NCBI GenBank assembly: GCA_036278975.1
Contig: DASUKC010000089.1
Location: forward strand, 15,140 to 79,139
DNA from: Gaiellaceae bacterium
GTDB taxonomy: Bacteria > Actinomycetota > Thermoleophilia > Gaiellales > Gaiellaceae
Reading direction: 5' to 3'
Length of the DNA stretch: 64,000 nucleotides
Shown: positions 54,697 through 63,229 of the stretch, piece by piece
Layout of the letters: each line of letters starts with the position of its first letter
Position numbering within the stretch: the stretch's first letter is position 1
The notes under the pieces: generated by a model
Databases searched by the model: none
Seen by the model: only the letters and a program-made list of their open reading frames with translations
Told to the model about the DNA's origin: nothing
Program-made: the position numbers and the translations under genes

Positions 54697-55295
54697 TCCG
54701 CCTCTCCGTGCTCGAAGGCCCGCATGCGCCGCCGGAAGCATCGGGCGTGATCAAGACGCTGCTCTACCGCCCAGAGCTCTTCGGCGAGCCGTTCTCCGAT
54801 GCGCTCGACGACGTGATGCGCGGGCCTTCGGACTGGAGCGTCGGCGAGCGCGAGTTGTTCGCCGGCTTCGCGTCGCATCTCAACCAGTGTCTGTTCTGAC
54901 TGAGCTCCCACGGCGCAGTTGCGTCGTACGCGCTTGGTGACGATGTGTGGCAGGCGGTTCGCGCCGACTGGCGCACTGCGCCCGTCAGCCCGCAGTTGAA
55001 GGCGACGCTCGCCTTCATCGAGAAGCAGACGCTGCGACCGGAGGAGCTGACGCGCGAGGACGCCGAGTCCGCCTATTCGGCAGGTGTCTCGCAGCAGGCG
55101 CTGCGCGATGCCGCGCTCGTGAGCGCGCTGTTCAACATGATCGTGCGGCTCGCCGACTCCTTTGGCTGGGACGTGCCGGAGTGGGAGGCGCTGCTCGAAC
55201 GCGCGCCGCGGATGATCGAAGGCGGGTACGTCCTCGGCGCTGTGCGCGAGCGCGCCGGCGTTACAAACCCGAACCCAGGGCGTACCGAGAGCTAA
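54693..55295 (+). CDS. carboxymuconolactone decarboxylase (AhpD-like) family protein with in-frame TGA at 54897-54899: candidate selenoprotein, otherwise a nonsense pseudogene
   Basis: ORFs 54693-54899 and 54945-55295 are in the same frame and are separated only by one TGA. Read-through gives ..SHLNQC-L-F-[TGA]-L-S-S-H.. = CxxUxxxH at the family CxxCxxxH motif. Confidence 0.5.
54902..54935 (+). promoter_or_regulatory. candidate bacterial SECIS stem-loop
   Basis: Upper stem 54910-54916 / 54921-54927 (7 bp including one G-U) with apical loop AGUU. Lower stem 54902-05 / 54932-35. The upper stem begins 10 nt after the UGA. Confidence 0.4.
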
Positions 55296-55318
55296 CAGTT
55301 CCTGGGAACACCGCGGCT

Positions 55319-56386
55319 ATGAAAACGGCGCGGTATCTCATCTCACTGGCGTTGGGCGCGGTCGTACTCGTTGTCGGCGGTGGCGCTGTCTCCGCCGCGA
55401 CAACCGCACGTCCCGCGAACCAGTCGCCCCCGACCGTCTCTGGGAACGCGGCCGTTGGCTCCGTGCTCCAGGGCACGCTCGGCACCTGGTCGGGAAGCCC
55501 GACCGACTACAACACGTGGTGGCAACGCTGCAACAGCAACGGCGGCAGCTGCAACAACATTCGCGGCACGGGCGGGGACAGGAGCTATCGCCTTGCCGAC
55601 GCCGACGCAGGACATCGCCTTCGCTTCGACGTTGGTGCTGCGAATGCCGACGGGCGCACGTGGGCTGCTTCGGTTCCGACTGCGGTGGTGACCGGGTCCG
55701 CTCCGGTTAACACCAAGCCCCCGACCGTGTCGGGGAACCCCGCGATCGGCGCCACGCTGTCCGGCGGACGCGGCACCTGGTCCGGTCACCCGACCGACTA
55801 CAACACGTGGTGGCAGCGCTGCGATTCGCACGGCGCGAGCTGCGCGAACATCTCCGGCACCGGCGGGCACGCGAAGTACAAAGTTGCGTCGGTCGACGCC
55901 GGCATGACGTTGCGCTACGCGGTTGGCGCAGCGAACAAGCAAGGCCGGACGTGGGTGTCGTCTGCTCCGACAGCTGTGATCGGCGTCGCACGTCCGGGTG
56001 GCTGCTCGAATCCGAGCAACGTCTCCGGCATCGCAGCGCCTGCACGCCTGGTGCTCGACGGAATGCAGTCACCGTCGGTCGTGACGCGGCAGACGTCGAC
56101 GCTGATCCTGCGCTTCCACGTCTCGTCGACGTGCGGCGGCAACGTGGCCGGTGCGCTGGTCTACGTGACCGCGGTGCCATACGAGCAGTTCTCGATCCCG
56201 TCCGAGAAGGCGAGCGGGTCGGATGGCTGGGTCGAGGTGCAGCTCCAGCGCATGTCCGGTTTCCCGGTCACATCACGGCAGCAGCTGATCGCGCTGTTCG
56301 TGCGTGCGCGCAAGCCGGGCGAGAATCTGCTCGCCGGGATCTCGACGCGCAGGCTGTTCTCGGTTCGCGTCAACCTGCGTGCGTGA
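55319..56386 (+). CDS. secreted protein with two tandem ~88-aa Cys-containing repeats plus a C-terminal domain
   Basis: Signal peptide MKTARYLISLALGAVVLVVGGGAVSAA. Repeats PPTVSGN..G.L.G..GTWSG.PTDYNTWWQRC...G.SC.NI.GTGG. Confidence 0.72.
   Translation: MKTARYLISLALGAVVLVVGGGAVSAATTARPANQSPPTVSGNAAVGSVLQGTLGTWSGSPTDYNTWWQRCNSNGGSCNNIRGTGGDRSYRLADADAGHRLRFDVGAANADGRTWAASVPTAVVTGSAPVNTKPPTVSGNPAIGATLSGGRGTWSGHPTDYNTWWQRCDSHGASCANISGTGGHAKYKVASVDAGMTLRYAVGAANKQGRTWVSSAPTAVIGVARPGGCSNPSNVSGIAAPARLVLDGMQSPSVVTRQTSTLILRFHVSSTCGGNVAGALVYVTAVPYEQFSIPSEKASGSDGWVEVQLQRMSGFPVTSRQQLIALFVRARKPGENLLAGISTRRLFSVRVNLRA
55427..55981 (+). repeat. intragenic duplication (repeat 1 at 55427-55690, repeat 2 at 55718-55981)
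   Basis: Two 88-aa units, roughly half of positions identical by eye, including WSG.PTDYNTWWQRC and the paired Cys. Confidence 0.8.
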
Positions 56387-57737
56387 GTATGGGATAGAGC
56401 TCGCGGAACTTGCTGTACGTGTCTTCGTAATCCCACTGGGGGTCGACGCGGCCGGTGATGCGCACACAGCGCCTGGTCGCGTCGGCCGCGTCGGCGAACA
56501 CGCCTTCGCGAACGCCCGCGAGCAGCGCAGCACCGAACGCTGATCCCGCGGTCGACTCGGTGAGCTCGAGCGGAAGCTGCAGCGCGGAGGCGACGATCTG
56601 CAGCCACACGTCGCTATTGGCGCCGCCACCCGAAACGCGCCCGGTCTTTGGATCACAGCCGAGCGAGCGCAGCACTTCCAACGAATCGCGCAAGCCGAAG
56701 GCGACGCCCTCGAGCATCGCGCGCCACAGCGCGCCGCGATCGTGGCGCAGCGAGAGGCCGGTGAACGCGGCGCGCACGTCTGCGTCCGCGTGCGGTGTGC
56801 GCTCGCCCGTGAGGTACGGGGCGAAGAGCAGTCCTTCGACGCCCGGCTGCCACGCGGCCGCTTCTGCGTCGAGCGTCGCGTACTCGGCCTGCAACACGTG
56901 CCGGAGCCACGACGCCGAGCCGGCGGCGCTCAGCATCACGCCCATCGCGTGCCAGCCCACCGCATGGCAGAAGACGTGCGCGCGTGCCTGCGGGTCGGCC
57001 TGGTACGCCGGCAGCGCCGCGAAGACCACACCCGACGTGCCGAGTACGACCGAGGCGATGCCCGGCGCGACGACGCCCGCGCCGAGGGCCGCTGCTGCCT
57101 GGTCACCCGCGGCTCCGATCGCCGTCGACTCGAACGCGGGCGGCAGCCACTCGAGGGGAATGTCGAGCGCCTCGCACACCTCGACCGACCACTCGCGCTT
57201 CGCGACATCGAAGAGCAGCGTCCCCGATGCGTCAGCGGCGTCGATTGCGCGCTCGCCGTTCAACCGGAAGCGCACGTAGTCCTTCGGCAGCAGGATGTGG
57301 CGGATGCGCGCGTACACGTCGGGCTCGTGCGTGCGCAGCCAGAGCAGCTTCGGCGCCGTGAAGCCGGTGAGCGCGCGGTTGCCCGTCAGCTCGATCAGGC
57401 GCTCGAGCCCGATCGTGCGCTCGATCTGCTCGCACTCGGCGGCGGTGCGCTGGTCGTTCCAGAGCATCGCCGGGCGCAGCACGTCGCCGTCGTCACCGAG
57501 CGCGACGAGCCCGTGCATCTGTCCCGAGAGTCCGATCGGCCCCTCCGGCAAACGCGCGAGGCACGCCTGCGCGGCGCGCCACCAGTCCTCGGGATCCTGC
57601 TCCGCCCAGCCCGGCTGCGGCGTTGAGAGCTCGTACGACTCGTCTGTCTCGGCGACAAGCTCGCCGTCGTGCGTGATCGCTACGGCTTTAACGCCGCTGG
57701 TGCCAACATCGAGCCCGACAAGAACGTCAGGCGCCAA
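56370..57737 (-). CDS. xylB: xylulokinase (FGGY family)
   Basis: ..VLVGLDVGTSGVKAV..PGWAEQDPEDWW.. Start probably TTG 57737 (ORF-track start 57773). Convergent 17-nt overlap with the upstream gene. Confidence 0.88.
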   Translation of the reverse strand: MAPDVLVGLDVGTSGVKAVAITHDGELVAETDESYELSTPQPGWAEQDPEDWWRAAQACLARLPEGPIGLSGQMHGLVALGDDGDVLRPAMLWNDQRTAAECEQIERTIGLERLIELTGNRALTGFTAPKLLWLRTHEPDVYARIRHILLPKDYVRFRLNGERAIDAADASGTLLFDVAKREWSVEVCEALDIPLEWLPPAFESTAIGAAGDQAAAALGAGVVAPGIASVVLGTSGVVFAALPAYQADPQARAHVFCHAVGWHAMGVMLSAAGSASWLRHVLQAEYATLDAEAAAWQPGVEGLLFAPYLTGERTPHADADVRAAFTGLSLRHDRGALWRAMLEGVAFGLRDSLEVLRSLGCDPKTGRVSGGGANSDVWLQIVASALQLPLELTESTAGSAFGAALLAGVREGVFADAADATRRCVRITGRVDPQWDYEDTYSKFRELYPILTHAG

Positions 57738-58725
57738 GCGCCGCGTAGACGAGCTCGTACGCCGCAACCGCATCCTTCGCCTGCTGTGCGTCGCGCAGCG
57801 CCGGTCCGTCGATCTTCGACGCGATGCCGTCGATGAAGCGCCACTGCAGCACGGAGCGCTTCACGGCGCCGACCGCATCCTCCGTGTACGGGTACAGGTC
57901 GAAACCGAGCCGCTCGCCGCCTTCGCCGTAGCCCGCGCGCCGCAACTCGATCGCCAGCTCGAGCGTCTCCATGAACGCCGTCGCGCCGACCATGTTGTCG
58001 TCGTCGAACGTGCCCCAGCCGGAGTTCGCGTGCTGGTGGCCGAGCACGCCTTCCGCCGCGAGCAGCGCTGCGTACTCGGCGAGGTTCTCGCCGTTCATGA
58101 TCAGGTGCTGCCAGTCCATGTTGACCTTGACGTTGTCGATCCCCTGCGTGCGCAGCTTGTGGATCACGTGCAAGGTCATGCCGACGTTGCGCATGAAGAT
58201 CTTCATCGCCGGCTCCGAGTTCTTGTGCTCCAGCAAGAGCGTCACACCGCTCTCGGCGCAGCGAGAGGCAACCTGCCCGACGCCGTCGACGAAGCGCGCC
58301 CACGACTCGGCGTACGGCGTCTGGAACGGATAGTTGTAGCCCTCGACTCCCGGCCAGAGGATCATCTGCGAGCCGATGTCTCCTGCAAGCGCGGCCGCCT
58401 CGAGCGCTTCCGCGATCGCTGCGTCGCGCACGCCGTCGTCCGGCGAGGAGAGACCGCCCTTCGCAAAGCGCGGGTTCAGGTGCGTGCCGGTCGCGACCGC
58501 GAAGATGCCGTGCCCGTCGAGGGCACCGCGCACGTCCTCGAGGTTGTCCCGGTTGAGCTCCTGCGGGTAGTGGAACTCGTAGTCGTCGATCAGGTCGCCA
58601 AGGCCGCCGACCGCCGTCCGAACCTTGTCGACGGTGCTGATACCGCTGAGCTCGGGCTTGTAGCCGCCCGGGTTGAACCGCGTCGCCATGTTGCCGAACG
58701 CCCAGATGCCGAGAGATGTCTTCAT
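57727..58725 (-). CDS. xylose-isomerase-like TIM-barrel sugar isomerase
   Basis: Distant colinear similarity to class I XylA blocks (SLGIWAFGN, ILWPGVEGYN, LLLEHKNSEP, NMDWQHLIMNGENL, FDLYPY). Confidence 0.8.
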   Translation of the reverse strand: MKTSLGIWAFGNMATRFNPGGYKPELSGISTVDKVRTAVGGLGDLIDDYEFHYPQELNRDNLEDVRGALDGHGIFAVATGTHLNPRFAKGGLSSPDDGVRDAAIAEALEAAALAGDIGSQMILWPGVEGYNYPFQTPYAESWARFVDGVGQVASRCAESGVTLLLEHKNSEPAMKIFMRNVGMTLHVIHKLRTQGIDNVKVNMDWQHLIMNGENLAEYAALLAAEGVLGHQHANSGWGTFDDDNMVGATAFMETLELAIELRRAGYGEGGERLGFDLYPYTEDAVGAVKRSVLQWRFIDGIASKIDGPALRDAQQAKDAVAAYELVYAALGA

Positions 58726-58771
58726 CCCCGGAACCTATCTACCGGGGGCCGAACCGCGTTAGGATCGCGCC

Positions 58772-59164
58772 GTGATCGAGTTCCACCTCGACCCACGTTC
58801 GGGCGTCGCGACCTACCTGCAGATCGTGCAGCAGGTGAAGGAAGCCCTGCGCCTGGGGATGCTCGACGTGGGCGACCAGCTGCCGACGGTGCGTGAGGTC
58901 GTCGCCGACCTTGCGATCAACCCGAACACCGTCGCGAAGGCGTACCGCGAGCTGGAGCGCGAGGGTCTCGTCGTCGCGCGCCAGGGGCGCGGCACGTTCG
59001 TTGCGAGCACGCTCGCGCCGCCGTCGTTCCGGCACTACGACGAGCTTCGTGCGCGGCTCGAGGCGTGGCTCGAAGCGGCCGACGACGCAGGCCTCGACGA
59101 GGAGAGCATCCGCGCTCTGATCTCGTCGACGCTGCGCGAGGCTCGCGCGCGTCACGTCGCATGA
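58772..59164 (+). CDS. GntR-family (YtrA-subfamily) transcriptional regulator
   Basis: ..YLQIVQQVKEALRLGMLDVGDQLPTVREVVADLAINPNTVAKAYRELEREGLV.. with a short C-terminal domain. Confidence 0.9.
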   Translation: MIEFHLDPRSGVATYLQIVQQVKEALRLGMLDVGDQLPTVREVVADLAINPNTVAKAYRELEREGLVVARQGRGTFVASTLAPPSFRHYDELRARLEAWLEAADDAGLDEESIRALISSTLREARARHVA

Positions 59165-60054
59165 ACCAGCTCGAAGCGCGCGGCCTCGGCAAGCGGTTCC
59201 GCCGCGAGTGGGGGTTGCGGGACTGCACGGTGGCCATCCCGGAAGGCGCTGTCGTCGGCCTCGCCGGTCCGAACGCCGCCGGAAAGTCGACGCTCCTGTC
59301 GCTCGCGGTCGGCCTGCTCGCTCCGACCGAAGGCTCGATCGCGGTGCTCGGCCGCGACCCGATGCGCGACCCGTCGGTGCTGGCGGAGGTCGGTTACGTC
59401 GCGCAGGGCGCTCCGCTCTATCGCTCGTTCAGTGTCGCCGACACGCTCGAGTTCGCGCGCCGCACGAATCCGCGCTGGGACGCCGAGATCGTCGGCGAGC
59501 TGATGAAGCGCATCGAGAGCCGCGCGAAGATCGGCGCGCTCTCGTCGGGCGACCGCGCGCGCGTTGCACTCGCACTCGCGCTCGGCAAGCGTCCGAAGCT
59601 GCTGCTGCTCGACGAACCTTTTGCAGGTTTGGACCCGCTTGCCGGTCGCGAGTTCCTGCAGCTGCTGATGGACGGCGTCGCTGCGATGAACGCGACCGTC
59701 GTTATCGCCTCGCACGTGATCGCCGACATCGAGCGCGTGTGCGACCACATCGTCCTGCTCGCCGAAGGCGGCGTGCGGCTGGAGGGCAACGTCGAAGAGC
59801 TGCTCGAGACGCACCGCATCCTGATGGGGCCGCGGCGCCCGATGGGCGTGATCCGCGGCGTGCAGGAAGTCGTACGCGAGCGCCACAGCGGCCGGCAGCT
59901 CACGCTGCTCGTGCGCACCAGTGGCCGCATCGCCGACTCGTCGTGGACGGTCGAGCGCGTCGCGCTGGAAGAGTTGCTGCTCGCCTACATGGCGCCCGAG
60001 CGGCTGCCTACACCGATGCCGCCGGAAAGGCTGAAGCTGCAATGGCATGGGTGA
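59161..60054 (+). CDS. ABC transporter ATP-binding protein
   Basis: GLAGPNAAGKSTLL (Walker A), LSSGDRARV (signature), LLLLDEP (Walker B). ATGA overlap with the regulator gene. Confidence 0.92.
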   Translation: MNQLEARGLGKRFRREWGLRDCTVAIPEGAVVGLAGPNAAGKSTLLSLAVGLLAPTEGSIAVLGRDPMRDPSVLAEVGYVAQGAPLYRSFSVADTLEFARRTNPRWDAEIVGELMKRIESRAKIGALSSGDRARVALALALGKRPKLLLLDEPFAGLDPLAGREFLQLLMDGVAAMNATVVIASHVIADIERVCDHIVLLAEGGVRLEGNVEELLETHRILMGPRRPMGVIRGVQEVVRERHSGRQLTLLVRTSGRIADSSWTVERVALEELLLAYMAPERLPTPMPPERLKLQWHG

Positions 60055-60989
60055 CGTGGCGCCAGCACCGCCTGCAATTCGCGGCGGTCAGCGGCTTGCT
60101 GGTTGCGCTCGCGGTCGCGCTGGTCGGCTCGCATGTGCCGATCGGCAGCGCGTATCACCGTGACGCGCTCTCGAGCTGCCTGCCGCCGTCGTCGCGCTCG
60201 GGCTGCGACATCCTCGTCCGCCATTTCCAGGACGAGTTCTCCGGGCTGACGGCGACCGTTCGCGGTCTTGCCGTGCTGCCGGTGCTCGCCGGCCTCTTCG
60301 TCGGCGCGCCGCTATTTGCGCGCGAGCTCGAGCACGGCACGCACCGCTTCGCGTGGACGCAGGCGATCACGCGGCGGCAGTGGCTGCTCGCGAAGACCGC
60401 GTGGCTTTCTCTCGCCGTCGCTGCTGCGGGCGCGGTGGCAAGCGTGCTCGTCACCTGGTGGCGCGGCCCGTTCGACACGCTCGGCGGCCGGATGTCGCCG
60501 AGCGCCTTCGACATCGAAGGCGTTGTCGTGCCGGCGTACGCGTTGTACGCGCTCGCGCTCGGTGTGCTCGCCGGATTGCTGCTGCGTCGCACCGTCGCCG
60601 CGATGACGGTCACGCTCGTCGCGTTCGCGGCGACGCGGCTGCTCGTGGTCGAGTTCGTGCGGCCGCACTTCCTCGCGCCGCTGCACCAGACCGTCGGCGC
60701 CACCGACAGCGGAACGCAGGCCGGCGCGTGGGTGTTGAGCGACACGCTCGTCGACGCGGGCGGGCGCACGATCACGTCCGGGCGCGAAGACATCGCGGTG
60801 CTGCACGCCCAGCAGGCGGGCATCGACCCGCACACGTACTTCGTCACCCTCGGCTGGAAGCGCGCGATCTCATATCAGCCCGCCGGCCGTTTCTGGACGT
60901 TCCAGGTGATCGAAGCCGGGCTCTTCATCGCGCTGGCGGCCGCGGTCGTCGCGCTGACGCTCTACCTCGTTCGCAGGACGCCGAGGTGA
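60042..60989 (+). CDS. ABC-2-type transporter permease
   Basis: MAWVTWRQHRLQF.. with 6 TM segments. 13-nt overlap with the ATPase gene. Confidence 0.72.
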   Translation: MAWVTWRQHRLQFAAVSGLLVALAVALVGSHVPIGSAYHRDALSSCLPPSSRSGCDILVRHFQDEFSGLTATVRGLAVLPVLAGLFVGAPLFARELEHGTHRFAWTQAITRRQWLLAKTAWLSLAVAAAGAVASVLVTWWRGPFDTLGGRMSPSAFDIEGVVVPAYALYALALGVLAGLLLRRTVAAMTVTLVAFAATRLLVVEFVRPHFLAPLHQTVGATDSGTQAGAWVLSDTLVDAGGRTITSGREDIAVLHAQQAGIDPHTYFVTLGWKRAISYQPAGRFWTFQVIEAGLFIALAAAVVALTLYLVRRTPR

Positions 60990-62008
60990 TTTCCGGTATC
61001 GACCGTGGCGAGCTGCTGCGGCTCGCCGCGGGCACCGCGGTGTCTCGTCACCTGCTCGGCGCGTCGTCGGAGCGCTTTCCGCAGCCGCATCCGAGTTGGC
61101 GCATCGTGTTCGTCAACCACGCGCTGACGAACCCGTTCTTCGTGCCTGCGAAGAACGGCAGCGCCGACGCCGCCGAGTTGCTCGGCGTGCAGGCCGAGTG
61201 GACGGGGTCGAAGTCGAGCGACGTGGGCGAGATGGTGAAGGCGATGCGGCATGCGATCGCGACGCGCGCGGCGGGCATCGCCGTCTCGATCATCGACCCG
61301 ACCGCGTTCGACGAACCGACAGCGCTCGCGCTCAGTCACGGCATTCCCGTCGTGTCGTACAACGCCGACGGCGGCAAGGCGAACAAGCGCCTCGCGTACA
61401 TCGGCCAGGACAACTACCAGTCGGGTCTCGAGCTCGGCGCGCGCGTCGCGACGCTTATTCCGAGCGGCGACATCTACCTGTTCATCGCGACGCCGAACCA
61501 GCAGAACATCCAGCCGCGCATCGACGGCGCGCTTGACGCGATTCGCGACTCCGGCCGGCCGCTCAAGGTGCATGTCGTGGCGAGTGGGGTGGACGTCGGC
61601 AAGGAGCACCAGGTGATCGAGGCGACGTACCTGGCCCACAAGAACTTGCGCGGCCTGTTCGCCGTCGACGCGGGCTCGACCGCCGGGATCGCCGCCGTCA
61701 TGCGTGCACACGGGCTACACAAGCATGGAGTTCGTGCCGGCGGTTACGACTTGCTGCCCGCGACGCTGCGCGCGATTCACGACAAGGTGCTCGACTTCAG
61801 CATCGACCAACAGCCGTATTTGCAGGGCTTTCTGCCCGTGCTGCAGGTCTTCCTCGATCGGTACTCGAGCGGTCTCGTGGCGCCGGCGAACACGAACACC
61901 GGCCTGAACTTCGTGACGCGATCAACCGTCACGCGGTATCTGACGACGAAGAGCCGCTTCGAGGGGAGCTCCCATCACCAGTCGTACCCCGTGCAACCTG
62001 GACCTTGA
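60986..62008 (+). CDS. periplasmic sugar-binding protein (Peripla_BP_4-like ABC substrate-binding protein)
   Basis: ..RIVFVNHALTNPFFVP..VVSYNAD..YIGQDNYQSG.. GTGA overlap with the permease stop. Tat-like but RG-containing leader IDRGELLRLAAGTAVS. Confidence 0.82.
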   Translation: MISGIDRGELLRLAAGTAVSRHLLGASSERFPQPHPSWRIVFVNHALTNPFFVPAKNGSADAAELLGVQAEWTGSKSSDVGEMVKAMRHAIATRAAGIAVSIIDPTAFDEPTALALSHGIPVVSYNADGGKANKRLAYIGQDNYQSGLELGARVATLIPSGDIYLFIATPNQQNIQPRIDGALDAIRDSGRPLKVHVVASGVDVGKEHQVIEATYLAHKNLRGLFAVDAGSTAGIAAVMRAHGLHKHGVRAGGYDLLPATLRAIHDKVLDFSIDQQPYLQGFLPVLQVFLDRYSSGLVAPANTNTGLNFVTRSTVTRYLTTKSRFEGSSHHQSYPVQPGP

Positions 62009-62096
62009 ACTATTCCCCTAGGAGAGTAGGATTGCGTCGCTTCACGACCAAGGCGGTCGAGGAGCGACTGTCTTCCCCCGAAGGAGGAACTGACAC

Positions 62097-63170
62097 GTGA
62101 GGAAGCTTTCACTGAAGTCGGTCGCGATTCTCGGCCTGGGCCTCATTGCCCTCTCGGCCGTGGTCGTCGCGACCGCAACGGCGAGCACGGACTCGCACAA
62201 GGCAAGCGTGCAGGTCTGCGTGCTGCTGCCGGATACGAAGTCGTCCGTTCGCTGGGTGCAGTTCGACGCCCCCGCGATGAAGGCCGCCTTCAAGAAGGCG
62301 GGCGTGTCCGCGTCGATCAACAACGCGCTCAACGATCCGCTCAAGCAGAAGGCACAGGCGCAGGCATGCATCGCCGCCGGCGCGACTGTCGTCATCGAGA
62401 CCGCGCTGGACAACGGCTCGGCCGCGTCGATCGAGAAGCTCTTCACCTCGAAGGGCGGCAAGGCGATCGACTACGACCGCCAGGTTTCCGGCGGTTCGGC
62501 GTCCGTCTACGTCACGTTCGACGGCAAGGCCGTCGGCGAGGCGCAGGCCAGGGGCGTCCTCGCAGGCATGAAGGCGAAGGGCCACGCGAACGGCACCGTT
62601 GCCGAGCTGTGGGGCGGTCAGACCGACCAGAACGCCTTCTGGTTCAAGAGCGGCAACGACGCAGTGTTCAACCCGCTCTTCAAGAAGGGCACCATCAAGA
62701 AGGGTCCGCAGCAGTTCGTCCCCGACTGGGATGCGAACAACGCGGCGACCATCTTCAACCAGATGCTGGTCAAGACGAGCAACAACATCCAGGGTGTGCT
62801 GGCGGCGAACGACAACATCGCCGGCGCGGTGATCGCAGATCTCAAGGCGAAGCACCTCAAGCCCCTCCCGCTGAGCGGCCAGGATGCGACCGCCCAGGGA
62901 ATCCAGTACATCATCTCGGGTTGGCAGACGGGCACCGTCTACAAGTACGTCCCGGATGAGGCCAACGCCGCCGCGGCAGCCGCTGTCGCGCTGATCAAGG
63001 GGCAGAAGCCGAAGACGAACGGGTTCCGGCTGAACGGCAAGAAGCACGAGCCCACGCTCGCGCTGCCGGTCATCTGGATCACGAAGCACAACTACACGCG
63101 CCTCTTCACGGACAAGTTCCTGAAGAAGAGCGACGTGTGCATTGGTGCTTACAAGAAGTACTGCGAGTAA
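62097..63170 (+). CDS. sugar (xylose-type) ABC transporter substrate-binding protein
   Basis: Signal peptide MRKLSLKSVAILGLGLIALSAVVVATATA. ..VCVLLPDTKSSVRW..IDYDRQV..GQDAT.. AAGGAGG SD before GTG 62097. Confidence 0.88.
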   Translation: MRKLSLKSVAILGLGLIALSAVVVATATASTDSHKASVQVCVLLPDTKSSVRWVQFDAPAMKAAFKKAGVSASINNALNDPLKQKAQAQACIAAGATVVIETALDNGSAASIEKLFTSKGGKAIDYDRQVSGGSASVYVTFDGKAVGEAQARGVLAGMKAKGHANGTVAELWGGQTDQNAFWFKSGNDAVFNPLFKKGTIKKGPQQFVPDWDANNAATIFNQMLVKTSNNIQGVLAANDNIAGAVIADLKAKHLKPLPLSGQDATAQGIQYIISGWQTGTVYKYVPDEANAAAAAAVALIKGQKPKTNGFRLNGKKHEPTLALPVIWITKHNYTRLFTDKFLKKSDVCIGAYKKYCE

Positions 63171-63186
63171 CGTCTCGCATCACTCT

Positions 63187-63216
63187 GGTGGAGGCGCCTC
63201 TCGGGGCGCCTCCACC
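63187..63216 (+). terminator. intercistronic hairpin between the binding-protein and ATPase genes
   Basis: Perfect 12-bp stem ggtggaggcgcc / ggcgcctccacc with a 6-nt loop. No T tract, so more likely an mRNA-stabilising or attenuating structure. Confidence 0.5.
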
Positions 63217-63229
63217 ATGACTTCACACG

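Noticed and set aside
54947-55318. N-terminal 124 codons of the 479-aa ORF (secreted repeat protein)
   Set aside because: An alternative frame of the CMD-family gene. A clean signal peptide starts at ATG 55319.
58726-58771. CCCCGG-N10-CCGGGG inverted repeat between the isomerase and GntR genes as a YtrA operator
   Set aside because: The arms are short, GC-only and easily produced by composition, and I have no independent support. Mentioned only as a place to look.
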